A stretch of 64,000 nt of DNA from the human T2T-CHM13v2.0 reference genome, Homo sapiens. Each line of letters begins with the position of its first letter. Positions within the stretch are counted from its first letter, which is position 1. Positions 15,973 to 29,805 of the stretch are shown here, piece by piece. A program made the position numbers and the translations under genes. The stretch is from the NCBI RefSeq assembly GCF_009914755.1, contig NC_060929.1. One strand, 5' to 3'. The notes under the pieces were generated by a model. The model did not search any database, was not told the DNA's origin, and was given only the letters and a program-made list of their open reading frames with translations.

Positions 15973-16359
15973 GGAAAGCTCAGAAAATAACTCAGTATCT
16001 CTATAAGTTTTAACTTAAAATATTATAGAAGTGGGACAAAATCCTGGTAAACTATCTCTAGGTAATGTAGTAACATATGGCTAGCTATTTAATTGGGTCT
16101 AAACTTTATATAAAATTACAGTCTTTGCAGAAAGTTTTGGTATAAATTACATAAAGGCATCACCTCTGATTTGCTCCAATTGGTTTTATATGGTGTCTTG
16201 ACAGCAAAGAGAAATTATCCATGATTGATAGAAACTGGGAGATAAAGCATCTACTTGAAACATTAGAAAGAACGAATATAATCAGTGTGGCAGAGGAAAA
16301 GCTGAAAGGGAGAAATGTTTCTCAGTGACTTTATTTTCAATGTTAAAAAATGCATGCCA

Positions 16360-16686
<327 letters not shown>

Positions 16687-16789
16687 TTAAAAGTCAGTAG
16701 AAAGTTTTGGTGGGAAAAAGTTTGCAAGACATGGAAGTTTGTTATAAACAAAAAGAGAAAATTGACCCACATATACTTTTTTTACTTTT

Positions 16790-17546
16790 TTGGTTTTACT
16801 TAAGCTTTTATTTTAGGTTCAGGGTTACATGTGCATGTTTGCTATATAGATAAATTTCATATCGCAGGGGTTTGTTGTACATATTATTTCATCACCCAGG
16901 TAATAAGCATAGTACCTGACAGATACTATGATCCTCACTCTCCTTCCTCCCTTCACTCTCAAATAGTCTCTAGTGTCTATTGTTCCTTTCTTTGTGTACA
17001 GATGTACTCAGTGTTTAGCTCCCTCCTATAAGTAAGAACATGAGGGATTTGGTTTTCTGTTCTTGCATAAGTTTGCTTAGGATAATGGCTTCCAACTTCA
17101 GCCATGTTGCTGCAAATGTCATGATGTTGTTCTTTTTATGACTGTGTAGCATTCCATGGTGTAAATGTACCACATTTTTTTCTTTAATCCAGTCTACCAC
17201 TGATGGGCATTTAGGTTGATTCCATGTCTTTGCTTTTGTGAACAGTGCTGCAATGAACCTACATGTGCATGTGTCTTTTTGGCAGAATGATTTATATTCC
17301 TTTGAGTATATACCCAATATTGGGATTGTTGGGTCTAGTGAAAACTCTGCTTTGAGTTCTTTGACAAATCACCACACTGTTATCACAATGGCTGAGCTAA
17401 TTTACATCCCTTCAGCCATGTATAAGCTTTCTCTTTTCTCTGCAACCTCACCAGCATCTGTTACTTTTTGATTTTTAATCATAGCCATTCTGACTGTTAT
17501 GAGATGGTATCTCACTGTGGTTTTGATTTGCATTTCTCTAATGATT
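16790..17546 (-). mobile_element. L1 3' end (L1PA15/16-like), 5'-truncated
   Basis: 3'UTR (ttttaggttcagggttacatgtgc...) plus ORF2 C-terminal remnant; ORF 17015-17317 reads KDTCTCRFIAALFTKAKTWNQPKCPS. Confidence 0.9.
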
Positions 17547-17899
17547 TAGAATATGTGATAATATTTGAATATGTAACATTAGTTTACATATTATAAATAT
17601 TACATGTTATGTAAAATTAGAATATGCAATGTCAGTAATGTTTAGAATATGTGATAACCTTTTCTAGTTACATATTTCTCTGTCAACATAAAAATTAAGA
17701 AAAATCATATTTATATTTTGTGGAAGCATCTTTCCCATTTGAATAAGATTTTACAAAATAAAGTAGATATATAGGCACACATTTTCTGAATTATATTTAC
17801 TAAGACTTAACTGAACAAACTAATTTCAATATTACAGCATAAACCTGGAAAATATATAAAGTATGTGAATGCTTTAATTTGTACATTATTGGAAGTATG

Positions 17900-19360
17900 T
17901 GAATATCATCAATATTATAGGATTTCAAAAAAGAGCTGTGGAATGTATACTTTTTTCCCAGTACAATTATAGAAGTTTGATAAAATACCAAAAAACAAAG
18001 CCATTTGAAGGCATTGAAAATAAAAGATCAACAGATGTTCAAAATTCCGGAAAGAAGACAAGCAAATGATGATTATACCCACATCAGTCTTCTGTTTTCC
18101 CCCTTGAGGTATTTGTCAATTCACAGAAGGAATAATTTAGGATTAGTAGAAAGTGGATACTTTGGTTTGCTGGCAATTGTGTAGGTCTGAGGAGGCAAAG
18201 GTTAGGGTTTGAGGCTGCCAAGGAGCTGGGTTAAATGTGCTGAGAGAAAGAAAATCACAGGGAGTGAGCCTCAAATTCCAAGCGTAATTTATCCTGAGTC
18301 ACTCTGTGGATTCCAAATCTGAAACTTTTGGAAACCAGACATAAACAACAGAGTCTAAGGTGCTGAGCAGAGATTTCAGCAGTTACATAGTGCTAAGAGA
18401 CAGGTCTGAATTTAAATGCATGCCAATGATGTGAGACTGTTACACATGTTCTGTTTAACAGTGTGTTTCTGATGAGAACACAGAAGGTTTAAACTGTTGG
18501 AGCAAGAGCATACCTAAAATAGACGAGCCTTAACGATGTTTGTATAATTTTTCATACACAATGTCTGGTATACAAGTAAAATTTTTATAAAAAGCAGGAA
18601 AAGAAACAGTATCAGAAGACACTGAATCACAGAGATGTGATGAAATAATGAACAAATTCTGGAGATGGTTGGTGGTGATGGTTGCATAACAATGAGAGAA
18701 TGTATACTTAATACTTCTGAACTGTACACTTAAGGGACATTGGATTTCTAACATTGAGTCTGAAAGAAGAGAGAAAGGAGATAGAAGCAATTTTTTCTAA
18801 TTACTACCTGATAATTTTCTAAAACTGATAAAGGATATTAAGCTCTGAGCAAAAATCAAGGTTAAAAACATCCCCACCACAAAACAGTCACAAAAACAAC
18901 ATAAACCTTAGAAAATCAGAGTTAAGCTTTTGAAAAAAGAAGTAAGAAACAGAAATATAGTTACAAAGACAGAGACACAATTCAGATTACCTTTTAGGGA
19001 TCAATGTAAGGACAGACTGAAATTCTGAAGAGAGTTCCAAGAAGCTTGTTGATAGAATATAGTGGAATGATGTCTTTAAAGTGCTAAAAGATAGCAAATA
19101 TCAGTGTATAATTTAATATCCAGCTAATATCTTTCAAAAATGGGATCAAAATTAATAGGTGTTCATAAAAAACGTTGTGATATTTAATTTTTAATAGTCC
19201 TATACTAAGGGGAAATACTAAAGAGAGTTCTTTAAAGTGAAAATATGTCATCGCAGATGGAATTGTGGAAGAAAAAATCAAACCTTCTGAGGGCACATAA
19301 ATGTAAACAAATATTAACTAGTGATGTACTTGGGAGACTGTATGTAGAATTAACGTACAT
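17900..19360 (+). mobile_element. Old L1M 5'/ORF1-region fragments with an embedded L1MB/MC-like 3' piece (~18640-18735)
   Basis: A-rich strand; gtggaatgatgtctttaaagtgctaaaag...tatccagctaatatctttcaaaaatg is ORF1-like; gatggttggtggtgatggttgcataacaatg is a 3'-end motif. Confidence 0.55.
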
Positions 19361-19374
19361 TATAATGATATGTA

Positions 19375-20130
19375 ATCAAATCAAAATCACAAGATAAAAC
19401 TTCGTATCAATTAGGCTATTAAGAAAAAATTAAAAATAACAAGTATTGGTGAGGAAATAACAAAATTGGAATCCTTGTGCATTGTTAGTGGGGATGTAAG
19501 ATAGTGCAACTACTGTAAAAAATAGTACAGCAATTCCTCCAAAATTAAACATGAAATTAAAACATGATACACCAACTCCACTTCTGGGCATATACCCAGA
19601 ATAACCAAAAGCAGGGAATAGAATAAAGATTTGTACACCAATATTCATAGGAACATTATTTATAATAGGCAAAAGATGGAAACAACTCCCAAGTGTCCAT
19701 TCACAGCTAAATAGGTGAACAAAGTGTGGTATGTGCGTGCAATGGACTATAATCAAATTTGATAGGAATTACATTTTGACACATGCTACCACATGAATGA
19801 ACCTTGAAGACATCATGCTAAGTGAAATAAGCCAGGCAGTCAGAAAAGGACAAATGTTGTATGATTCCACTTATATGAAGTACATAGACTAGTCAAATTC
19901 ATAGGGACAAAAAGTAGAAGGGAGCTTACCAGGGGTAAGGGGAACTGGGAATGGGGGATTATTTTTTAATGGGTAAAGAGTTTCTGCTTGGTATGATAAA
20001 CGGATTCTGGAGGTGATGGTGATGATGGTTACACCACAGTTAGACTACTTAATTTTTCTGAACTGTTTACTTAAAATAGTTAAAATGATAAATTTTATGT
20101 TATATGTATAGTTTATCTTAATTAAAAATA
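19375..20130 (+). mobile_element. L1MB-like 3' end
   Basis: ataacaagtattggtgagga...gaaccttgaagacatcatgctaagtgaaataagccag...ttaaaatgataaattttatgttatatgtat. Confidence 0.85.
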
Positions 20131-20329
20131 GTATACAAGAATGGATTTGGGCTATTAAAATGTTATAAGTTTTTTTCAGCCAATAAGTGGTGAAAATATG
20201 ACTTTAAAGAGGATATCAGCAAGTCAAGGTTGTGTGTTTAAGTTCAGGGTAAACACTAAAATAATAATAATAATCTATACCATAATCAAGAAAGTAGAAG
20301 GTACATTTGGCTACTGAAAATAAGTTTGA

Positions 20330-20580
<251 letters not shown>

Positions 20581-20647
20581 TTAGAAATCCAAAATTGGTT
20601 ATGAATATTAAAGAAAGAAAGAAGAAACAACTAGAAAACAGAAAAAG

Positions 20648-23600
20648 TTGCTGCACATATCATCCCGTCATGCAGGTATTAAGCCCAGCACCCATTAACT
20701 GTTCTTTCTGGTGCTCTCCCTCTCCCTATACCCTGGACAGGCCCCAGCGTGTGCTGTTTTCCCCCATGTGTCTGTGTGTTCTTATTGTTCAGTTCCCACT
20801 TATAAGTGAGAACATGTGGTGTTTGGTTTTCTGTTCCTGCATTAGTTTGCTGCAGATTACCTCTTCCAGCTCCATCCATGTCCCTGCAAAGGACATGATC
20901 TCCTTCCTTTTTATGGCTGCATAGTATTCCATGGTGTATAGGTAACACATTTTTTTATCTAGTCTACTGTTGATGGACATTTGAGTTTATTCCATGTCTT
21001 TGCTATTGTGTGTAGTGCTGCAGTAAACATATCTGTGCATGTATCTTTATAATAGAATCATTTACATTACTTTGGGTACAGACCAAGTGATGGGATTGCT
21101 GGGTCAAATGATATTTCTGCCTCTATGTCTTTGTGCAATCATCACACTGTCTTCCACAATGATTGAATTAATTTACATTCCCATCAACAGTGTAAAAGTG
21201 TTCTTATTTCTCCACAATCCTGCCAGCATCTGTTGTTTCTTGACTTTTTAATAATTGTCATTCTGACTGGCGTGAGATAGTATCTCATTGTGGTTTTGAT
21301 TTGCATTTCTCTAATTATCAGTGATGTTGAGCTTTTTAAAAATATGTTTGTTGGGTGCATGTATGTCTTCTTTTGAGAAATGTCTGTTTGTGACCTTTGC
21401 CCACATTTTATTGATTTTTTTTTTCTGCAAGTTCCTTGTAGGCTCTGGATATTAGACGTTTGTCTGATGGATAGCTTGCAAAACCGTTCTCCAATTCTGT
21501 AGGTTGCCTATTCACTCTGATGCTAGTTTCTTTTGCTATGCAGAAGTTCTTTAGTTTAATTAGATCCCATTTCTCTAGTTTTGCTTTTGTTGCAATTGCT
21601 TTTGGCATTTTTTGTCATAAAATCTTTGCCCCTGCTTATGTCTTGAATGGTATTGCATAGATTTTCTTCTAGAGTTTTTATAGTTTTGGGTTATACATTT
21701 AGGTCTTTAATCCATCTTGAGTTAATTTTTGTATAATGTGTAAGGAAGAGGTCCAAGTTCAGTTTTCTGCTTATGGCTAGCCAGTTCTCCCGGCACCATT
21801 TATTAAATAGGAAATCCTTTCCCCATTGCTTGTTTTTGTCAGATTTGTCAAAGATCAGGTGGCTGTATTTGTGTGGTTTTATTTCGAAGTTCTCTGTTCT
21901 GTTCTACTGGTCTATGTGCCTGTCTTCATACCAGTACCGTGCTGTTTTAGTTACTGTAGCCTCGTAATATAGTTTGAAGTTGGTTAGCATGACACCTTCA
22001 GCTGTGTTCTTTTTGCTTAGGATTGTCTTGGCAATTGGGGTCTTTTTTGGTTTTATATAAATTTTAAAATAGTTTTTTTCTAATTTTGTGAAGAATGTCA
22101 GTGGCAGTTTAATAGGAATAGCATTTAATCTATAAATTACTTTGAGCAGTATGGCTATTTTCACAACATTGATTCTCCCTATCCATGAGAATGGAATGTT
22201 TTTCCATTTGTTTGTGTCCTCTCTGATTTCCTTGAGCAGTGATTTGTAGTTCTTGAAGAGGTCCTTCTCTTCCCTTGTTAGCGGTATTCTTAGGTATTTT
22301 ATTTTCTTTTTAGCAATTGTGAATGGGAGTTCATTCATGATTTAGCTCTCTGTATACCTGTTGTTGGTGTATAGAAATCTTAGCAATTTTTGCACATTGA
22401 TTTTGCATCTTGAGACTTTGCTGAAGTTGTTTATCACCTTAAGAAGCTTTTGGGCTGAGGTGTTTGGGCTGTCTAGATATGGGATCCTGTCTTCTGCAAA
22501 CAAAAATAATTTGACTTCTCCTCTTCCTATTTGAATACCCTTTCTTTCTTTCTTTTACCTGATTGCTCTGGCCAGAACTTTCAATATTATGTTAAATGAG
22601 AGTGGTGAGAGAGGGCATCCTTGTCTTGTGGGGGTTTTCAAGGGGAATGTTTCTAGCTTTTGCCCATTCAATATGATGTTGGCTGTGGGTTTGTCACATA
22701 TGGCTCTTATTATTTTGAGGTATGTTCCTTCAGTATCTAATTTATTGAGAGATTTTAACATAAATGGGTGTTGAATTTTATTGAAGGTCTTCTTTGCATT
22801 TATTGTGATAATCATGTAGATTTTTGTTTTTATTTCTGTTTACCTGATAAATTACATTTATTGATTTGCATATGTTGAACCAGCCTTGCATCCTGGGGAT
22901 GAAGCCAACTTGATCATGGTGAATAAGCTTTATGATGTGCCTCTTGATTTGGTTTGACAGTATTTATTGAGGATTTTTGCATAAATGTTCATCAGGGATA
23001 TTGGCCTGAAGTATTCTTTTTTTGTTGTATCTCTGCCAGATTTCAATATCAGGAAGATGCTGGCCTCATAAGGAGAGTTAGGGAGGAGTCCCTTCTTTTC
23101 AATTGTTTGGAATAGTTTCAGAAGAAATGGTAATAGCTTCTCTTTGTACCTCTCATAGAATTTAGCTGTAAATGTGTCTGGTCTTGGGCTTTTTTGGTTA
23201 GTAGGCTATTTATTACCACCTCAATTTCAGAACTCATTATTGGTCTATTTAGGGATTCATTTTCTGATTCAGACTTGGGTGGGCATATGTGTCCAGAAAT
23301 TTATTCATTTTTTTTTAGATTTTCTAGTTTATGTGCATACTGGTGTTTATAGTATTGTCTGATGGTTGTTTTTATTTCTGTGAGGTTTGTGGTGATATTC
23401 CTGTCATCATATCTGATTGTGTCTATTTCATTCTTTCCTTTTTTTTCTTTAAAGTCTAGCCAGTGGTATATTTATTTTATTAATTTTTTTTCAAAAGACC
23501 ACCTCCTGGACTTGTTTTTTTAAAGGGTTTTTCGTGTCTCTATCTTCTTTAATTCCACTATCATCTTAGTTATTTCTTGTCTTCTGCTAGTTTTGGGATT

Positions 23601-26600
23601 TGTTTACTCATGATTCTCCAGTTTATTTAGTTGTGATGTTAGGTTGTCAATTTGAGATCATTCTACCTTTCTGATGTGGGCATTTAGTGCTATAAATTTC
23701 CCTCCTAACACTGCTTAGGTGCATCTGAGAAATTCTGGTATGATGTATGTTTGTTCTTCTATTTTTTTTTTTTTTTTTTGAGACAGAGTCTCGTTCTTTC
23801 GCCCAGGCTGGACTGCAATGGCCTATCTCGGCTCACTGCAAGCTCCGCCTCCCGGGTTCACACCATTCTCCTGCCTCAGCCTCCCGAGTAGCTGGGACTA
23901 CAGGCACCCGCCACTGCGCTCGGCTAATTTTTTGTATTTTTAGTAGAGACGGGTTTTCACCGTGTTAGCCAGGATGGTCTCAATCTCCTGACCTCATGAT
24001 CTGCCCACCTCAGCCTCCCAAAGCGGTATCTTTGTTCTTTTTACTTTCAAAAAACTTTTTATTTCTGTCTTAATTTCATTATTTCCCCAGGAGTCATTCA
24101 GGAGCAGGTTGTTCAATCTCCATATAGTTGTGTGGTTTTGAGTGTGTTTCTCAATCTTGAGTTCTAATTTGATTGTGCTGTGATCTGAAAGACTGCTTGT
24201 TATGATTGTTATTTTGCATTTGCTGAGGAGTGTTTTACTTCCTATGATGTAATCAATTTTACAGTAAGTGTCATATGACAATGAGAAGAATGTATATTCT
24301 GTTGTTTTGGAGTGGAGAGTTTTGTAGATATCTATCAGGTCCACTTGATCCAGAACTGAGTTTAGGTCCTGAATATCTTTGTTAATTTTCTGTCTCAATG
24401 ATTTGTCTAATACTTTCAGTTATGTGTTAAAGTCTCCCACTATTATTTTGTCAGAGTCTAAGTCTCTTTATATGTCTCTACAAACTTGCCATATGAATGC
24501 AGGTGCTCCTGTATTGGGTGCATATATATTTAGGATAGATAGATTTGCTTTGTGAATTGAAACCTTTACCATTATGTAATGCCCTTCTTTGTCTTTTTTG
24601 ATCTTTGTTGGTTTAAAGTCCACTTTGTCATAAACTAGGATTGCAACCCTCCCTTTTTTTGTTTTCCATTTGCTTGGTAAATTTTCTAATTGTCTAATTT
24701 TCTTTGTTTTGAGCCTATGTGTGTCTTTGCATGTGAGATGTGTCTCTTGAAGGCAGCATACTGATGGGGCTTGAGTTTTTATCTAGCTTGCTATTCTGTG
24801 TCTTTTAATTGGGGCATTTAGTCCACTTACATTGAAAGTTAATATTGTTATGTATGGATTTGATCCTGTCATCATGATGTTAGCTAGTCATTTTGCAGAC
24901 TTGTTTATGTAGTCACCTGATAGTGTTGCTGGTTTGTATACTTTGGTGTGTTTTTATAGTGGCTGGTAACAGTTTTTCCTTTCCATATTTAGAACTTCGT
25001 TAAGGAGCTCTTTCAAGGCAGGCCTGGTGATGATAAATTTTCTCAGCATTTGCTTGTCTGAATAGAATCTTATTTCTCATTTGCTTATGAAGTTTAGTTT
25101 GGCCAGATATGAAATTCTGGGTTGGAAAATGTTTTCTTTAAGAATATTGAATATTGGCCCTCAGTCTCTTCTGGCTTTTAGGATTTCCACTGAGAAGTCC
25201 ACTGGTAGTCTGATGGGCTTCCCTTTGTAAGTGACATGGCCTTTCTCTCTGGCTGCTCTAACATTTTTCCTTTCATTTCGACCTTGGAGAATCTGACGGT
25301 TATGTGCCTTGGGGTTGATTTTCTTGTGGAGTATCTTAATGGAGTTCTCTGCGTTTCCTGAATTTGATTATTGGACGGTGTTGCCAGGTTGGAGAAGTTC
25401 TCCTGGATGATATCCTGCAGTATGTTTTTCAACTTGGTTCCATTCTCCCCATCTTTTTCAGGTACCCTAATAAGTCATAGGTTTTGTCTTTTTTACATAA
25501 TTTTATATTTTTTGGAGGTTTTGTTCATTGCTTTTTATTCTTTTACCTCTATTCTTATCTGCCTGTCTTATTTCCAAAATACAGTCTTCAAGCTCTGAGA
25601 TTCATTTCCCTACTTGGTCTATTTATCTATTGATGCTTGTGATTGCATTATGAAGTTCTTGTGTTGTGTTTTTCAGCTCCATCAGGTTATTTATGTTTCT
25701 CTATAAACTGACTATTTTGGTTATCAGCACCTGTAATGTTTTATCATGATTCTTAGTTTCTTTGCATTGGGTTAGAACGTGCTGCTTTAGCTCAGCAAAG
25801 TTTGTTATTACTCATCTTCTGAAGCCTACTTCTGTCAATTCGTTCATCTCAGCCTCAGCTGTTCTGTACCCTTGCTAGACAGGTATTGCAATCATTTGGA
25901 GAAGAAGAGACAGTCTGGCTTTTTGGGTTTTCAACATTTTTGCATTGATTCTTTCTCATCTTTGTGGATTTATTGACCTTTGATCTTTGAGGTTGCTGAC
26001 CTTTGAGTGGAGTTTTTTGGGGGTCTTTTATGTTGTTGTTATTTTTTGTTTTTCTTTTAAATGTCAGGCTCCTCTTCTTTAGGGCTGCTACATTTTGGTA
26101 GGTGTCCACTCTAGACCCTGTCACCTTGGATCCTCCTGCACGAGAAGTTATCATCAGTGAAGGCTCCAAAACAGCAAATATAGCAGCCTGCTCCTTCCTC
26201 TGGGAGCTCCATCTAATAGGGGGCACTGACCTCATTCCAGCTGAGATGCTCCTGTAGCAGGTTTTTGGACATCCCTATTGGGAGGTCTCACCCAGTGAGG
26301 AGGAACAGGATCAGGGTCCCACTTAATGAAGTAGTCAGGCTGCCCCTTGGCAGAGCAGGTGCGCTGCACTGCAGGGAAGTCCCCTTGTCCAGATTGCCCA
26401 AACTTTCCAGAGCCAGCAGGAAGGAAAGTCTGTCAGCTGAGCTGCAGATATGGTGGCTGCCCATCCCCATGGTGGCTCCATCCCAGGGGGAGATCAGAGT
26501 TCTGTTTATAAAACCGTGGCTGGAGTTGCTGAAATTCCTGCAGGGAGACCCTTCTGGGTAAGGAGGGATGGATCAGGGTCCTACTTAAAGAAGCAGTCTG

Positions 26601-26690
26601 GCTACAATCTGCCACAGCAGCTGTGTTGCACTGTGGGGAATTCCTCCCTGTCTGGACCACCCAGTTTCCCTGGATCTGGCAGGTCAAAAC
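20648..26690 (-). mobile_element. Near full-length decayed LINE-1 (L1PA8-13-like)
   Basis: Colinear 3'UTR, ORF2 remnants ([11 protein letters not shown] motif 22555-22815; endonuclease RQKINKDIQDLNS 23994-24398), ORF1 remnant (25178-25432) and partial 5'UTR; many stops and frameshifts. Confidence 0.95.
23762..24025 (-). mobile_element. AluY (AluYk-like diagnostics) inserted in L1 ORF2, 5'-truncated
   Basis: tctttcgcccaggctggactgca...ctatctcggctcactgcaagctccgcctcccgggttcacaccattctc; TSD gtat(g/c)tttgttctt on both sides. Confidence 0.92.
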
Positions 26691-27479
26691 CAAGGTTTTT
26701 AATATTGCTTTTGATGTAGACTTTTCGTTTTCCACCGACCAGTCTTGATTATTATAAAAATAGTTACTTGCTGTAATATATTGTGCCATTGTTAACATGA
26801 AATGGTTGATGATTCCCCTTTTACCCCCTTTATCCCCTTGGTGTTGATTAGACAACATTAGAAATAGTGACAAATAAGCAACTTTTACAAAATATCCTGT
26901 TTTGTTATAGTGATGAATGTGAGTTAGTTTGACCCAATAGGGAAGCTTTGAAGCACGTATAGGCTGCAGCTTAATATTTTACCAATATTTCAAACTCCAA
27001 ACTTTTATTTTACTCCTTGGGTGTTTCTGGAAATATGAAATTACATATTTGAATACCTTTGAAACTTTAACTTACGATATATTTAGATACTCAGAATCTT
27101 GAGAATCGTCTTTCTACTCATTGTAAGGATTACCATTTGATTTTAACTGCACTCAGTATTGAAATGTGTAGTGTGATAACACTGACAAAACAATAGGCAA
27201 AAATAAAAATGCAACATGGAGGTTCTTCTATTTTACTTTGATGTTATGATTAACTGTTGTATCTTATGACAACGTACTGTATGTGTAACAGTGGAGAACT
27301 ATTGTGAAAAGTCAAATTGTAAATTGTACTCATAGTATTGCTTCTATGAGAATGAAACTCACATAAATGAATTGCAGTCTTTGCAGTTACAACCAGTCTA
27401 GGAGAGGTGTTTGAGGAGAGTCTTTTAGACAGAAAAAGCATCAGCTTATGTTTATCAGGAGCCTAAGTATCAGCTACTA

Positions 27480-28955
27480 AGTGATTCAACTGCAGTATTG
27501 ATAAGTCTTAAATCAATTAAAATTATCATCTCTAGTGTTTTGGCTTAAAGGATTACATTTTGGAAACAGGAAGTGAGTAGATTAAAAAGAAATAAACAAG
27601 GTTTTCTGGCAAATATATTTCCATGAAAGAAAATTAAGAATTTGTGAAACACAAACTACCAACCACTGTATCTCTAAATCTCCATGAAGAGATGTTGGCC
27701 AAAATCCAGACTTTGAGTATACTTCTGGTGAACATTCAAAAGGAAGAGAAGAACATGCTATTGGACACTAGAGAAAGGGGTATCTTCGCTATGTGCTGGA
27801 AGAAATCTTAGCAAAATTGTTTCCCTTAGAGCCAGTTAATGTGGAAAGAAGAAATTTGTTGTCTACTTAAGGAGATTTCCAAAATAAGGGTTGAAGCTAT
27901 GGGCCTATGTATTTTTGTTGCTTATAACAAAATTTGAGAGGAAAAAGAGAAATTGAAGGAAGAACTTGTAAAGCAAAAAAAAAAGGAAGGGCTTGACCAT
28001 TTTGGATATTCTCAGCCTCTCCAGACAGCAAAGAATGCTAACATTTTGAAAAGGTTTCCAAATAACTTCAGGAAAATAAGGTCAAGAACAAAAGCCAGGA
28101 GTGTGACTGAATAAACTTCTGTTAACATTTCAGAAAGACAGAAACATGGACATGGTACTCAGTTACACAAAGGACTGTTTTAAGAGATTAAGAGTGTGCC
28201 TTGCAGACTTCTCAACCAAACCGCAGAATTTCTAGGAAGCCTATAGACTACGTCCCCAGCCTTGTCAGCAGAAGCCCAAGAAAGAAGAGCTTATCTTAAA
28301 AGCAATCTGTGGGTATGGCTTTTTTATGACTGAGTGAGCCACAGGGATATTTTTCATGAGACTCACAAAGTATTTGAGAGTTATTTCAGCAGACATTACC
28401 AGCTTGGATCAAAAAAGACAGAGAGAGTACAAAATGAAAGAATATTGTTTTGTACCCCCAATTCTGCTGACAAACAGAAGGCAAGCAAAACTACTCAGCT
28501 GCAAATACTTGTCAGCTTTCATGAAAAAGAAAGAGGGCAGAACCAACAGCACAGAGAGTTGAACCCAGAGTAACTGAGAACTATATGCAGCCCTTAAATC
28601 CCAACCAAGCAACTCTGGACATTTACCCAGCTGGATTTCAGCACGGCTATTGATTAGTGACTATTTTGTGCCTTCACTTTCTCCATTTTTGAATAAGAAT
28701 GTCTATAACTATTATGCTATGACTGTGCCACCATTGTACTCCAAGTTTGAAGGGCAAATAACTTGTTGGGTTTGCTTTCCAGATTGTCAGATAAAGATTG
28801 TTATATGCAAGGAGTCTCATCCACATGTGGAAGTAATTTAGATTATGACTTTTGGGGTTTTGATCACATGTTATAATAGGATTACAGACTTGGGGACTTG
28901 AAAGGGAATGAATGTATTTTGCATATAGGAGGAATGTGAATTGAGACTCTGGAGT
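27480..28955 (+). mobile_element. MLT1-int (MaLR internal region)
   Basis: aacatgctattggacactagagaaagggg...ttagcaaaattgt, and terminal gacttggggacttgaaagggaatgaatgtattttgcatat motifs typical of MLT1 internals. Confidence 0.7.
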
Positions 28956-29805
28956 GCACCCCATGATGCTCAACTTAATAGTGTTCTTACTCTTACTTGA
29001 TTCCCTCCCTTTAAGTGGAAATGGAACCTGTGACCTGCTTGTAACAAACAGATCACAGGAAAGGTGGTCTGTGCAATTACCTCAACCTGACTGTATTATG
29101 TAAGATTATAGTGGATCTTGCAAGGAGATTTTTGTCTTTCCCTTGGAGGTTTTAAGAAGCAAGCTCTTATACTGTAAGCTGCCACACAGGAAGGAGCCAA
29201 GGACAGCCTGTGGCTGACAGAAACGAACCCAAAACTTCAATTCAGCAGCTGGCATGGTCTGATATTTGCATCCTCCCGACATTTATACGTTAAAATCCTA
29301 AACTCCAAAGTGATAGTGTTAGGAGGTGGGGCCTTCGAGGGGTTATTATGTCATAGGAGTAAAGTAGAATTAGTGCCCTTACAAGAGAGACTTCAGACAG
29401 ATCCCTTTCTCCTTACATCACGTGAGAACACAGTGAGAAGGTGTCATCTGTGAACGAGAAAGTGTGTCCACACCAGACACCAAATCTATTGGCAAGTTGA
29501 TCTTGACCTTCCCAGCCTCCAGAATTATAAGAAATAAACTTCTATTCTTTATAAGCTACCCAGTTTGTATGTAGTACTATATTATAGCAGTGGAAAGAGA
29601 CTACGAAAGCAGCCCATGGAAACTGAGTTCTGTCAAAAACCATGTGAGTTTGGAAATGTCCCCGTCTCTAGTCAAACCTCAGATGAGATCACAACCCTAG
29701 GCAGTATCTTTATTGCAGCTTTGAGAGACCTGAAACAGAATACGCAGATAAATTGTTCCAGGACTCCTGATTCACTGAAACTATGAGATAATAAGTGTAT
29801 TATTT
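28956..29805 (+). mobile_element. MLT1E-like LTR, split by MLT1A0; 3' tip displaced to ~40485-40505 and 41255-41284
   Basis: ccctttaagtggaaatggaacctgtgacctgctt...cctcagatgagatcacaacc...ttgcagctttgagagacc...aactatgagataataag; terminal ttatgcagcgatacataagtcacaca found at 41259-41284. Confidence 0.7.
29250..29608 (+). mobile_element. Solo MLT1A0-like LTR nested in the MLT1E LTR
   Basis: tggcatggtctga...ggaggtggggcctt...ttcccagcctccagaattataagaaataaa...gactacgaaa; 5-bp TSD GCAGC (29245-29249 / 29609-29613). Confidence 0.85.

Noticed and set aside
20679-26235. ORFs with RT, endonuclease and ORF1p similarity as an active L1 or a gene
   Set aside because: They are broken into pieces under 150 aa by stops and frameshifts and interrupted by an Alu; the element is dead.
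26250-26685. Two diverged ~130-bp direct repeats (ggatcagggtcc.acttaa.gaag.agtc.ggct...) as a novel array
   Set aside because: They lie in the L1 5'UTR, where older L1PA subfamilies carry internal repeats; most likely inherited from the source element.
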